From positions 66,252 through 86,251 of the forward strand of contig WELA01001035.1 in NCBI GenBank assembly GCA_009602735.1: a DNA stretch of 20,000 bases, read 5' to 3'. Made by a program: the position numbers and the translations under genes. Positions 19,961-20,000 of the stretch are shown here, in pieces (position 1 is the stretch's first letter; every line of letters begins with the position of its first letter). Below the pieces are notes generated by a model, which was given only the letters and a program-made list of their open reading frames with translations, ran no database searches and was not told where the DNA came from. This DNA comes from Mesotaenium endlicherianum (taxonomy: Eukaryota).

Positions 19961-20000
<40 letters not shown>
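19961..20000 (+). repeat. (GA)n microsatellite, at least 20 units, running off the window
   Basis: Directly visible. Confidence 0.98.

Overview
This is eukaryotic, intron-rich nuclear DNA. The proteins are closest to plant and streptophyte families; a streptophyte or other green alga is my inference. It holds four protein-coding genes as two head-to-head pairs. (1) Minus strand: an uninterrupted ORF from ATG 3355 running off the left edge (at least 1118 codons, absent from the ORF track because it has no stop). It encodes a BAT2_N/PRRC2-like protein resembling Arabidopsis At3g50370. (2) Plus strand: a complete 24-exon MAP3K epsilon (Cdc7/Cdc15/SepH-like kinase plus ARM region), 4118-14025, about 1101 aa. 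(3) Minus strand: a 4-exon Nudix hydrolase resembling bacterial GDP-mannose mannosyl hydrolase (Gmm/NudD), 17607-16011, 210 aa. (4) Plus strand: a poorly defined gene from about 18075 with a coiled-coil exon. The most striking signal is the intron architecture of the kinase gene. Donors are degenerate, many 3' ends are G-rich with no polypyrimidine tract, 5' ends are C/T-rich, and long nested GU-rich stems could fold introns so both splice sites meet. Also present are an overlapping uORF before the PRRC2-like start, a 192-bp tandem duplication with hairpins, and a 76-nt G run. All gene models and pairings were derived by eye, and family comparisons are from memory of the reference proteins.
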